Origin: a bacterium
GTDB lineage: Bacteria; JADJOY01
Direction of reading: 5' to 3'
Assembly: GCA_046331705.1 (NCBI GenBank)
Contig: JAXLQJ010000027.1
Location: 62,001-97,952 of the forward strand
DNA length: 35,952 nt
Shown here: positions 26,662-34,173 of the stretch, piece after piece
Position numbering within the stretch: the first letter of the stretch is position 1
Layout: each line of letters starts with the position of its first letter
Made by a program: the position numbers and the translations under genes
The notes under the pieces: generated by a model
The model's input: the letters and a program-made list of their open reading frames with translations, nothing else
Databases searched by the model: none
What the model was told of the DNA's origin: nothing

Positions 26662-27594
26662 TCAGAAGAGCTTGCGCGGCAGGATCAGGCTCTTCACGAA
26701 CTCCTGGATGTCGTCGGGCAGCGAGCGTGGGAGCAGGCTGCCGTCCGAGGCGATCTCGTCGGGGTCCGGACGCGACATGGGCGAGTCGCCGCGCTCGCGG
26801 AAGGTCGCGTCGCCCGCGGCGTATTGGGTGTAGCCGAGCGGCTGGGAATCCCCTTCGAAGCGAATCGCCGCCCACGCCCGGCGATCCCGGTTGCCGCCGT
26901 AGACGGGGTCGCCGAACACGCCCTCGATCACGTGCTCGGTCAGCTGGCTCACGAAGCTCGATCCGGTGCGCGGATTGATCGTGGCTTCCGTGTCGAGCGA
27001 ATCGAGCACGCGCTCCTGGTCTGCGGGCGAGAGCGCGCTGGTGCGCTCGGCGCCCAGCGCTCGCGCCGCCGCGTCGAGCGCCGCGGCGCCGTCGCGATAG
27101 ATCGTCCGCCACCCGAGGTGGACGCCCGCCACGGCGTCGTTGCGGGCGATCTCGGGGACCGTCGCGGAGCCGAAGATCTGCGCTCGAAACGAGAGCTCCT
27201 GCACCCGCGTCAGCGGCAGGAAGAAGCGAAACGAGGGTTCGGGGTAGCGGCTGCTCGGCGCGCCGGTCTGCGGGTCCGCGAACGGGAACCGGCCGCTGAA
27301 CGGACCGCCTGCGAAGATCGCCGGCGGATCGACGTCGAACGCGGTGAGCAGGTTCTCCAGGTATCCGATCGCGTCGTTCTCGCGGGCGCCCAGGCCCCCG
27401 CCGCTCGGCAGGATCACCTCGGCGGCGGACTCGAGGGCGTCGCGCTCGGCTGCGGTGAAGAAGCTGCGCCGCGCGATCGGGTCCGAGGAGCCGTCGCTGC
27501 CGCAGCCGGCGAGCGGCAGTCGGGTGGCGACGGTCGCGAGCCCCGCCACCTCGAGGAAGCGTCGCCGCGTCACCCGCCAGCGCGGCTCGGTCAT
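26662..27594 (-). CDS. Gluconate 2-dehydrogenase subunit 3-family protein with Tat signal and lipobox
   Basis: MTEPRWRVTRRRFLEV...LPLAGC; FFTAAER...VILP; EGVFGDPVYGGNRD...W family motif. Confidence 0.85.
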   Translation of the reverse strand: MTEPRWRVTRRRFLEVAGLATVATRLPLAGCGSDGSSDPIARRSFFTAAERDALESAAEVILPSGGGLGARENDAIGYLENLLTAFDVDPPAIFAGGPFSGRFPFADPQTGAPSSRYPEPSFRFFLPLTRVQELSFRAQIFGSATVPEIARNDAVAGVHLGWRTIYRDGAAALDAAARALGAERTSALSPADQERVLDSLDTEATINPRTGSSFVSQLTEHVIEGVFGDPVYGGNRDRRAWAAIRFEGDSQPLGYTQYAAGDATFRERGDSPMSRPDPDEIASDGSLLPRSLPDDIQEFVKSLILPRKLF

Positions 27595-27614
27595 GCTCGT
27601 CTCACCGTGCGCGC

Positions 27615-28625
27615 TCACCCGGGACGCATGACCAGGCCTTGCGCGACCAGGCTCTGGTAGTCGCGCGCGAAGGTGGTCATGCCCACGTCCGCGTTGGTCT
27701 CGAGGACGTTGCGCAGCTCGGCGGTGCGGTTCTCGCGGATCATGTTCGAGACCGCCGCGGTGCGAACGAGGATCTCGCGGTTGGCGACGCGCCCGCCGCG
27801 CGTCGAGGGCAGCAGGCGCTGCGCCACCACGGCGCTCAAGGTGGCGGCGAGGCGATTGCGGGCGAGAGGCTGCTCGTCCGCGGGGAAGCTCGCGACCACC
27901 CGGTCCACCGTCTGGATCGTGTCGGCGGTGTGGAGCGTGGTGAACACGAGGTGGCCGGTCTCGGCGAGGGTGATGGCGTGGCGCATGCTCTCGAGATCCC
28001 GCATCTCGCCCACCATCACCACGTCGGCGTCCTGCCGCAACAGCTTGCTGAGCTCGGTGCCGAACGAATGGAAATCGGTGCCCAGCTCGCGCTGGCTCAC
28101 GAGCGAGAGCCCACGCGGAAAGCGGTACTCGATCGGGTCCTCGAGGGTGACGATGTGGAGCGGGAAAGCCTTGGCGAGCGCCGCGAGGATGGCCGCCATG
28201 GAGGTCGATTTTCCGCAGCCCGAGGGGCCCGTGAAGATGACCAGACCGTGGCGCAACCGGCAGAGCTCGAGCACCGCGTCGGGCATGCGGATCTGCTCGA
28301 GGCTCGGGATGGTGGTGGCGATGAGTCGCGCCGAGAACCCCGGACTTCCCGACACCACGTACGCGCTGATCCGCAGGCGCTCGCCGTTGGCGAGCTCGTG
28401 GGCGCATTCGAGGCTGCCTTCCTCGGTGAGACGGGCGATCTGCTCGGCGCTCAGACATTCGCTCAGCAGCGCGTGCACCTCGGTGCCGGTCAGCGGTTCC
28501 TTCGACACGCGGCGCAGCGTGCCGTCGACGCGCAGCACCGCGTGCTGATCCGTGACGGCGTGCAGGTCGGAGGCCTTCGATTCCTGGGCCACCGCCCACA
28601 GCGATCGCGCAGTCGAGTTCGCCAT
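27615..28625 (-). CDS. pilT: PilT/PilU-family type IV pilus retraction ATPase
   Basis: ASDLH, Walker A GPSGCGKS, TLEDPIEY, QRE, RQDADVVMVGEMRD, His box TGHLVFTTLHT, AVSNMIRE (AIRNLIRE-like). GGAG precedes ATG 28625. Confidence 0.85.
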   Translation of the reverse strand: MANSTARSLWAVAQESKASDLHAVTDQHAVLRVDGTLRRVSKEPLTGTEVHALLSECLSAEQIARLTEEGSLECAHELANGERLRISAYVVSGSPGFSARLIATTIPSLEQIRMPDAVLELCRLRHGLVIFTGPSGCGKSTSMAAILAALAKAFPLHIVTLEDPIEYRFPRGLSLVSQRELGTDFHSFGTELSKLLRQDADVVMVGEMRDLESMRHAITLAETGHLVFTTLHTADTIQTVDRVVASFPADEQPLARNRLAATLSAVVAQRLLPSTRGGRVANREILVRTAAVSNMIRENRTAELRNVLETNADVGMTTFARDYQSLVAQGLVMRPG

Positions 28626-28668
28626 GCGAGGGACTCCGTGCTGCCGCGCCGACGAGGTGATGGAGCCC

Positions 28669-28704
28669 AACGAAGATCGGCGCGCCCGAGGGCGCGCCGA
28701 TCCT
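28669..28704 (-). terminator. Probable terminator of the peroxiredoxin gene
   Basis: Minus-strand GATCGGCGCGCC-CTCG-GGCGCGCCGATC (12-bp perfect stem) followed by TTCGTT, about 50 nt after the stop. Confidence 0.6.
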
Positions 28705-28751
28705 ACCTCACGAACCGCGGCGGACGCGCGATTCGCCCGTCACGTCGTGCT

Positions 28752-29237
28752 TCAGAGCTTGGCGAGGACCGACTCGGCGCTCGACACGTTGAGCCCCGGA
28801 CCGGGCTCGACCAGCAGCTCCTTCACCACGCCGTCCTGCACGACCATCGCGTAGCGCTGCGACCGGTGGCCCATGCCGAAGCCCGTGCCGTCCAGGGTGA
28901 GACCGACGGCCTTGGTGAAGTCGCCGTTGCCGTCCGCCAGCATGCGGACCTTTCCCTTCGTCTTGTTGGCGTCGCCCCAGGCGCCCATGACGAACGCGTC
29001 GTTGACGGAGACGCAGACGATCTCGTCGACGCCCTTCTTCTTGAGCTCGTCGGCCTTCTCGAGGAAGCCAGGCAGATGCTTCGCCGAGCAGGTCGGCGTG
29101 AACGCGCCGGGCACGGCGAACATCACGACCTTCTTGCCGGCGAAGACCTCGCCGACGGTGACGTCCTTGGGACCGCTCTCGCCCATCTCCTTGAGCTTCA
29201 CGTCCCCGGGCAGCTTCTCTCCCGCTTGAATGGCCAT
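28752..29237 (-). CDS. Peroxiredoxin, Prx5/type II subfamily
   Basis: FAVPGAFTPTCSAKHLPGF, CVSVNDAFVMGAW, ADGNGDF, RSQRYAM; AAGGAG upstream of ATG 29237. Confidence 0.95.
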   Translation of the reverse strand: MAIQAGEKLPGDVKLKEMGESGPKDVTVGEVFAGKKVVMFAVPGAFTPTCSAKHLPGFLEKADELKKKGVDEIVCVSVNDAFVMGAWGDANKTKGKVRMLADGNGDFTKAVGLTLDGTGFGMGHRSQRYAMVVQDGVVKELLVEPGPGLNVSSAESVLAKL

Positions 29238-29298
29238 GGCCACGCTCCTTTCTCGTTTCTCGACTCGATTGGGTTCGATGCTTCGTGAGAGGGCGGGG

Positions 29299-29326
29299 AG
29301 CGTACCACTCGCGTTTGGACGGTCAA
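29299..29326 (-). promoter_or_regulatory. sigma70 promoter of the peroxiredoxin gene
   Basis: TTGACC, 16-nt spacer ending TGG, TACGCT (extended -10). Confidence 0.6.
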
Positions 29327-29332
29327 AAGCAC

Positions 29333-29355
29333 CGGTTGCCGCATCGGTTGCCGCA
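29333..29355. repeat. Tandem 11-bp direct repeat just upstream of the prx -35 (candidate operator)
   Basis: CGGTTGCCGCA at 29333-29343 and 29345-29355. Confidence 0.6.
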
Positions 29356-29429
29356 CCACGCAAGGCGATCCGCGCGCGTCGATCGCCGCGCGTCGCTCGG
29401 ATGAAGGCTCGATGATCTAGTCTGTCGGC

Positions 29430-30278
29430 ATGCGCACACACATCCCCGAGAGCGGTTGGACCCCGGTGCGGGCGAACGGGCTCGACTTCGCGTGCTTCGC
29501 CGAGGGCGAAGGTCCGCTGGTGCTGTTGCTGCACGGCTTTCCCGATACCGCGCACACGTGGGATTGGATCCGGCCGCGGATCGCCGCCGCGGGCTTTCGC
29601 GCGGTGTCGCCCTTTCTGCGCGGCTACGCGCCCACCCAGATCCCCGCCGGCGACGCGTTCGACCTGCTCACGTTGGGGCGCGACGTGGCGGCGCTCGTCG
29701 AGGTGCTGGGCGGCGGCAAGCCCGCGGTGGTCGTCGGTCACGATTGGGGCGCCGCGGCGGCGTACGCGGCGACTTCGCTCCGCCCGGAGCTGGTGGCGAA
29801 GCTGGTCACGATCGCCATCCCCCATCCGGCGACGCTCGCGCCGCGCCTCGCGACGCTCTGGGGCGCGCGTCACTTTCTCGGCTTCCGGCTTCCCGGCGCG
29901 CTCGCGCGATTCGTGGCCGACGATTTCGCGATGGTGGATCGCCTCTATCGGCGCTGGTCGCCGACCTGGGATGTCCCACGCGCTGAGCTCGAGCCGGCCA
30001 AGAACGCGTTCGCCGCGCCGGGCTGCGCCAACGCCGCGATCGGCTACTACCGGTGCGCCTCGCTGGTGCCGCCAGCCGAGCTGCGCTCACGCGTGCACGC
30101 GCCGGCGCTCTGCTTCGGCGGGCTCGACGACGGCGTTCTCGAGGAACGGGACTTTCGCGCGGGCGCGCGGGCGTTCACGAGCAGCTACGACCTGGTGATG
30201 ACGCCGGGAGGGCACTTCCTGCATCGCGAGTCGCCGGAGGCGTTCGCCGGGCCGCTGCTCGATTTCCTCGCCTCCTGA
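29430..30278 (+). CDS. Alpha/beta hydrolase, epoxide hydrolase-like (Asp nucleophile)
   Basis: LLLHGFP, LRGY, VGHDWGA, YYR, GHFLHRE. Confidence 0.88.
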   Translation: MRTHIPESGWTPVRANGLDFACFAEGEGPLVLLLHGFPDTAHTWDWIRPRIAAAGFRAVSPFLRGYAPTQIPAGDAFDLLTLGRDVAALVEVLGGGKPAVVVGHDWGAAAAYAATSLRPELVAKLVTIAIPHPATLAPRLATLWGARHFLGFRLPGALARFVADDFAMVDRLYRRWSPTWDVPRAELEPAKNAFAAPGCANAAIGYYRCASLVPPAELRSRVHAPALCFGGLDDGVLEERDFRAGARAFTSSYDLVMTPGGHFLHRESPEAFAGPLLDFLAS

Positions 30279-30285
30279 GCGGGGC

Positions 30286-30927
30286 TCACTCGCGCCGCCA
30301 GGCCGACGCGAACCACGGCTGCTCCGCGCGCGGGCGTCCGGCGGGACGGTAGTAGCTCTCGAGCTCGACGAAGCCAGCGCTCGCGCAGTGACGGCGCCAC
30401 GTGGCTTCGCTGAGGTAGGAGCCGTAGCGGCGATCCTGGAAGCCTTCCCGATCGTCGCCACGGGGGTTGGACGCGAAGAGCACGCCCGCGGGCTTCAGGC
30501 AGCGGTGGAGCTCGCCGAGCACCCGCGGCAGCTCTTGCGCGGGAACGTGGAAGAGCGAGGCGTTCGCGAACACCCCGTCGAAACGCTGCGACCCCAGGTC
30601 GAGCGCCAGGAAATCCTGGTGCAGCACCTCGCAGCCCGAGTGGAGGCGCGCCATCTCCACGAACGCGCGCGAGCCGTCGAGGCCGACGGCGAGGTGACCG
30701 CGCTTGCCGAGCGCGATCAGGTCGCGCCCCGGGCCGCAGCCGAGGTCGAGGAGCACGAACGGCGGCGAGCCCACCAGGTGGCGCAGCAGCGTCTCGATGT
30801 TCTGGTCGACGTCGTGGTCGCGCGTTCCCTCCCAGAACGCGCGTGCGTTGTCTTCGTAGTGCCCGAGCGTGGACTGCGTGATCCGCTCGAGCGCGGCGGC
30901 ATCGAGCACGGGGGCGGGTCGTCGCAT
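30286..30927 (-). CDS. Class I SAM-dependent methyltransferase
   Basis: LLDLGCGPGRD, GLDGS, FDGVFANASLFHVP, LKPAGVL. Confidence 0.9.
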   Translation of the reverse strand: MRRPAPVLDAAALERITQSTLGHYEDNARAFWEGTRDHDVDQNIETLLRHLVGSPPFVLLDLGCGPGRDLIALGKRGHLAVGLDGSRAFVEMARLHSGCEVLHQDFLALDLGSQRFDGVFANASLFHVPAQELPRVLGELHRCLKPAGVLFASNPRGDDREGFQDRRYGSYLSEATWRRHCASAGFVELESYYRPAGRPRAEQPWFASAWRRE

Positions 30928-30964
30928 GGAGGGGCGTCGCTCGGAGGCGTTCTCGGTGGGTCGC

Positions 30965-31801
30965 TCAGCCGGTGCCGAGCGGCGCGCCCATCGCGGGACG
31001 CGGAAAGGCCCTCTCCAGCTCGGCGGCGTCGGCGTTCGTCAGGGCGAAGTCGAGCGCTGCGGCGTTCTCGCGCACGTGGCTCTCGCTCTCCGCCTTGGGA
31101 ATGGTGAAGGCGGCGGGGTGGCGGGTGAGGAAGTTGAGCGCCACCTGGCGCGGCGTCTTGCCGTGGCGAGCGGCGATCCGCTCGAGGGTTCGGCGCGCGG
31201 GCTCGCCACCGGGCGGGAAATCGCCGCTGCCGAAGGGCGAGTAGCCGACCATCGCCACCCGCGCCTCGGCGCAGCGCGGCAGCAGCTCGTTCTCGATCCC
31301 GCGATCGCCGAGGTGATGCAGGACCTGGTTGCACACGATGGGATGGCGCGTCGCCAGCCGGCGGGCCTCGTCGAGCTCGTGCGGCTCGAAGTTCGACACG
31401 CCGATGAAGCGCGTCTTGCCCTGGTCGACCAGCGCTTCGAGGGCGCCGATGGCCTCGGGCAGCGAGACCTCCTCGGTGAGCCAGTGCAGCAGGTACACGT
31501 CCAGGCGATCGGTGCCGAGGCGCGCGAGGCTCTGCTCGCAGGCCCGCACGATTCCACGGCGCGACGCGTGCTCGGGGAGCACCTTGGACACCAGGAAGAG
31601 CCGATCGCGATGATCGCGCACGATCGGCGCCAGAATCGCCTCGGCGCCGGTGTAGAGCTCGGCGGTGTCGATGTGGGTGAGGCCGAGGGCGATGCCCGCG
31701 CGAATCGCGCGCTCGGCAGCGCGCGCGTCCCGGAGCTTCCAGGTGCCCTGGCCGATCACCGGCACCTCGAGGCCGGTGCTTCCGAACGGTCGACGGATCA
31801 T
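30965..31801 (-). CDS. Aldo/keto reductase
   Basis: IGQGTW, IDTAELY, VSKV, YLLHW (complete D-Y-K-H tetrad), IGVSNF, NQV, YSPFG, IPKA. Start ATG 31801. Confidence 0.92.
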   Translation of the reverse strand: MIRRPFGSTGLEVPVIGQGTWKLRDARAAERAIRAGIALGLTHIDTAELYTGAEAILAPIVRDHRDRLFLVSKVLPEHASRRGIVRACEQSLARLGTDRLDVYLLHWLTEEVSLPEAIGALEALVDQGKTRFIGVSNFEPHELDEARRLATRHPIVCNQVLHHLGDRGIENELLPRCAEARVAMVGYSPFGSGDFPPGGEPARRTLERIAARHGKTPRQVALNFLTRHPAAFTIPKAESESHVRENAAALDFALTNADAAELERAFPRPAMGAPLGTG

Positions 31802-31805
31802 CGCT

Positions 31806-32762
31806 TCACCCCCTGCGTCCGAGCGCCACACCCGCGAGGATCATCCCCGCTCCCGCCACCGCCCGCGCCTCGACGTGCTCGCCGAAGAACGCGACCCCGA
31901 GCACCATCGAGAGCAGCGGCACGAGGTATTGGTAGAGCATCGTGCGGGTCGATCCGATCCTCGCGATGCCCACGGTCCACACCACCCAGCCGTAGAGGGC
32001 ACCCAGGTACGCGATGTAGAGGATCCCGCCGATCCCGCTCGGCGTGAGCCGGCTCAGCCCGCCGCCGGCCAGGTCGCGCCACACCGCGTTGCCGAACAGG
32101 ATCACCGTCCAGACCAGCCCGAAGCTCATCGTCAGCGCCGTGAGCTCGATGGCGCTGCGCCTGCCGAGCACGGGCGCGGACGCGGCCGCGTAGATCGCCC
32201 AGCTCGTGGCGCTCGCCAGGATGAGCGCGTCGCCGAGCAGCCCGGGATCGGCGTCGCTGCGCGTCGCTCCCGGCGCGACGGTGGATCGCGAGACCACCAG
32301 CGCCACGCCGAGAAACGCGATCGCCATGCCCCACCACACCCGCTTGCCGGTGCGCTCGATCCCCGCCGATTGGGCGAGCAGGCTCGCGAGCGCCGGGCTG
32401 GTCGCGAAGAGCAGCGCCCCGTGGATCGAGCTGGTGTGCTGCATCCCCCACACGAACAGGAACTGATTGCACGGGATGGCGGCGAAGGCGAGACCCGCGA
32501 GGATCACGAAGTCGCGGCGCGACATCGCGAAGATCTCGCCGATCGAGCGCCGCCCGAGCTTGGCCGCGAGCGGCACCAGCACCGGAACCACCAGCGCCAT
32601 GCGCAGCACGATGAGGGTGCGGGGATCGAGACGGGCGCCGTCCGCGAGCCGGCCGGCGAGCTGGGCGGCGCGGAAGTTGACCGCCCAGGTCACCACCACC
32701 GTGAGCAGCCAGAGGTCGATCCAGCCGAGCGTCGTCGGAGGAGGTGTGCGTGCGTCGTCCAT
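31806..32762 (-). CDS. DMT/EamA-family transporter
   Basis: About 10 hydrophobic helices in two repeats; WAVNF, GDALILASATSWAIY, YLVPLLS...FFGE. Confidence 0.88.
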   Translation of the reverse strand: MDDARTPPPTTLGWIDLWLLTVVVTWAVNFRAAQLAGRLADGARLDPRTLIVLRMALVVPVLVPLAAKLGRRSIGEIFAMSRRDFVILAGLAFAAIPCNQFLFVWGMQHTSSIHGALLFATSPALASLLAQSAGIERTGKRVWWGMAIAFLGVALVVSRSTVAPGATRSDADPGLLGDALILASATSWAIYAAASAPVLGRRSAIELTALTMSFGLVWTVILFGNAVWRDLAGGGLSRLTPSGIGGILYIAYLGALYGWVVWTVGIARIGSTRTMLYQYLVPLLSMVLGVAFFGEHVEARAVAGAGMILAGVALGRRG

Positions 32763-32859
32763 CGCGAGAGCTCGGAGCCGAGCGAGACGGACGAGCGTAT
32801 CAGGGGCGTCGCGCGATCGCCGGCGCGCGGGCGCGGTGGAGCGAGCGGGGGGCGCGCGC

Positions 32860-34173
32860 TCAGAGATTCACGGTGGCGATCGGCTCGCGCTCGTGCGGCA
32901 TGGCGAAGAAGAAGCCCTGCATCAGGTCGCAGCCCAGGTCGCGCGCGGCCACCATCTCCTGCACCGATTCGACCCCCTCGAGGACCATCGTCGCCCCCAG
33001 CTCGCCGCACAGCGCCGCCAGCGACTGGATCACCTTGGCCTTGGTGGCGCTCTGGTGAAGGCCGCTCACGATGCTGCGATCGACCTTGAGCACGTCCGGC
33101 ACGAAGCGGGTGACGGTGCCGAGACCCGCGTAGCCGGCGCCCACGTCGTCGAGCGCCAGCCGGTATCCCAGCGCGCGGAGCGCGGCCACGCGCCGCTCCA
33201 GGTCCTCGAATCGCTCGATGGAAGCGTGCTCGGTGATCTCGAGGACCACGCGTGTCGCCACCTGCGAGAGCGGCGAGCGCGTGTCGACGAGCTCGTCGTC
33301 GGCGAGATCGCTGGGATGCAGGTTGACCGCGAGGTACGTCCCGTGCGGCAGCTTGGGCGCGTAGCTCTGCGCGGTGGCGCGCACGGCGCGCCCGAAGGTG
33401 TGCACCTGGCCGAGGGTCTCGGCGGCGCGCACCAGCGCGTCCGGCCGCTCGAGCGTGGGCTGGTCGCTGCGAACCAGGGCTTCCCAGCCGACGATGCGCC
33501 GCTCGAGCGTGCTCACGATGGGCTGGAACGCGAACCACAGCCGTTCGAGCGCGCGCTCGAAGACGGCGCGCTCGGCCGGGTTCGGCCGTCCGCTCTGCGC
33601 CGCGGCGCGCGCCTCGGCGAGGAAGCTCTCGTCGACCTCGTCGGTGAGATCGAGGCGCATCACGACCCGGCCGACCTGGAGCTTGTCGCCCGGGTAGAGA
33701 CAGGCGCACTCCACCGGCGTGCCGTTCACGAAGGTGCCGTTGCGGCTGCGGAGATCGACCACGCGGACGATCCGGGTCCGCTCGTCCAGGCCCTCCGCGG
33801 AGATCGTCGCGTGGGAGCGCGACACGGTTTCGTCGTCGATGAGGATGTCGGCCAGCTCGCCGCGGCCGATCACGTAGGCGCGACGGTCGACGGGGATGCG
33901 GAAACGCTCGCGGGCGCGCGGCCCGTCGAGCACCACGAGGCTCAGGACGCTGGCGAGCGGACTCGCTCGTGGGATCACGATGCGCTGGGTGGGCTCGGAG
34001 CATGCGACGGGGTTCATGCGCTCTCCTTCGAGGTGTCGCGGCACCGGTCGGCTGCCGATGGCGGCGGTCTCGACGATGGGCGTGGACACGGGGACGGTCT
34101 CGCTGAGTGTGGGCAGCGTGGGCTCGCTCACCGGGCCGCGACGCGTGGCTGGCGGGGCGAGCGGCGCGCTCAT
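32860..34173 (-). CDS. FHA-EAL protein (predicted c-di-GMP phosphodiesterase); start at 34173 or 34017
   Basis: FHA motifs IGRG, VSRSHA, SRNGTFVNG; EAL motifs FQPI, WEALVR, VNL, LEITE, LDDVGAGY, LKVDRS, EGVE, QGFFF. Confidence 0.88.
   Translation of the reverse strand: MSAPLAPPATRRGPVSEPTLPTLSETVPVSTPIVETAAIGSRPVPRHLEGERMNPVACSEPTQRIVIPRASPLASVLSLVVLDGPRARERFRIPVDRRAYVIGRGELADILIDDETVSRSHATISAEGLDERTRIVRVVDLRSRNGTFVNGTPVECACLYPGDKLQVGRVVMRLDLTDEVDESFLAEARAAAQSGRPNPAERAVFERALERLWFAFQPIVSTLERRIVGWEALVRSDQPTLERPDALVRAAETLGQVHTFGRAVRATAQSYAPKLPHGTYLAVNLHPSDLADDELVDTRSPLSQVATRVVLEITEHASIERFEDLERRVAALRALGYRLALDDVGAGYAGLGTVTRFVPDVLKVDRSIVSGLHQSATKAKVIQSLAALCGELGATMVLEGVESVQEMVAARDLGCDLMQGFFFAMPHEREPIATVNL

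Noticed and set aside
26648-28599. N-terminal extensions of the GMC (to 27112) and small-subunit (to 28599) ORFs, suggesting fusions or frameshifts
   Set aside because: The extensions are out-of-frame read-through of the upstream genes. Each real gene has its own start next to the previous stop.
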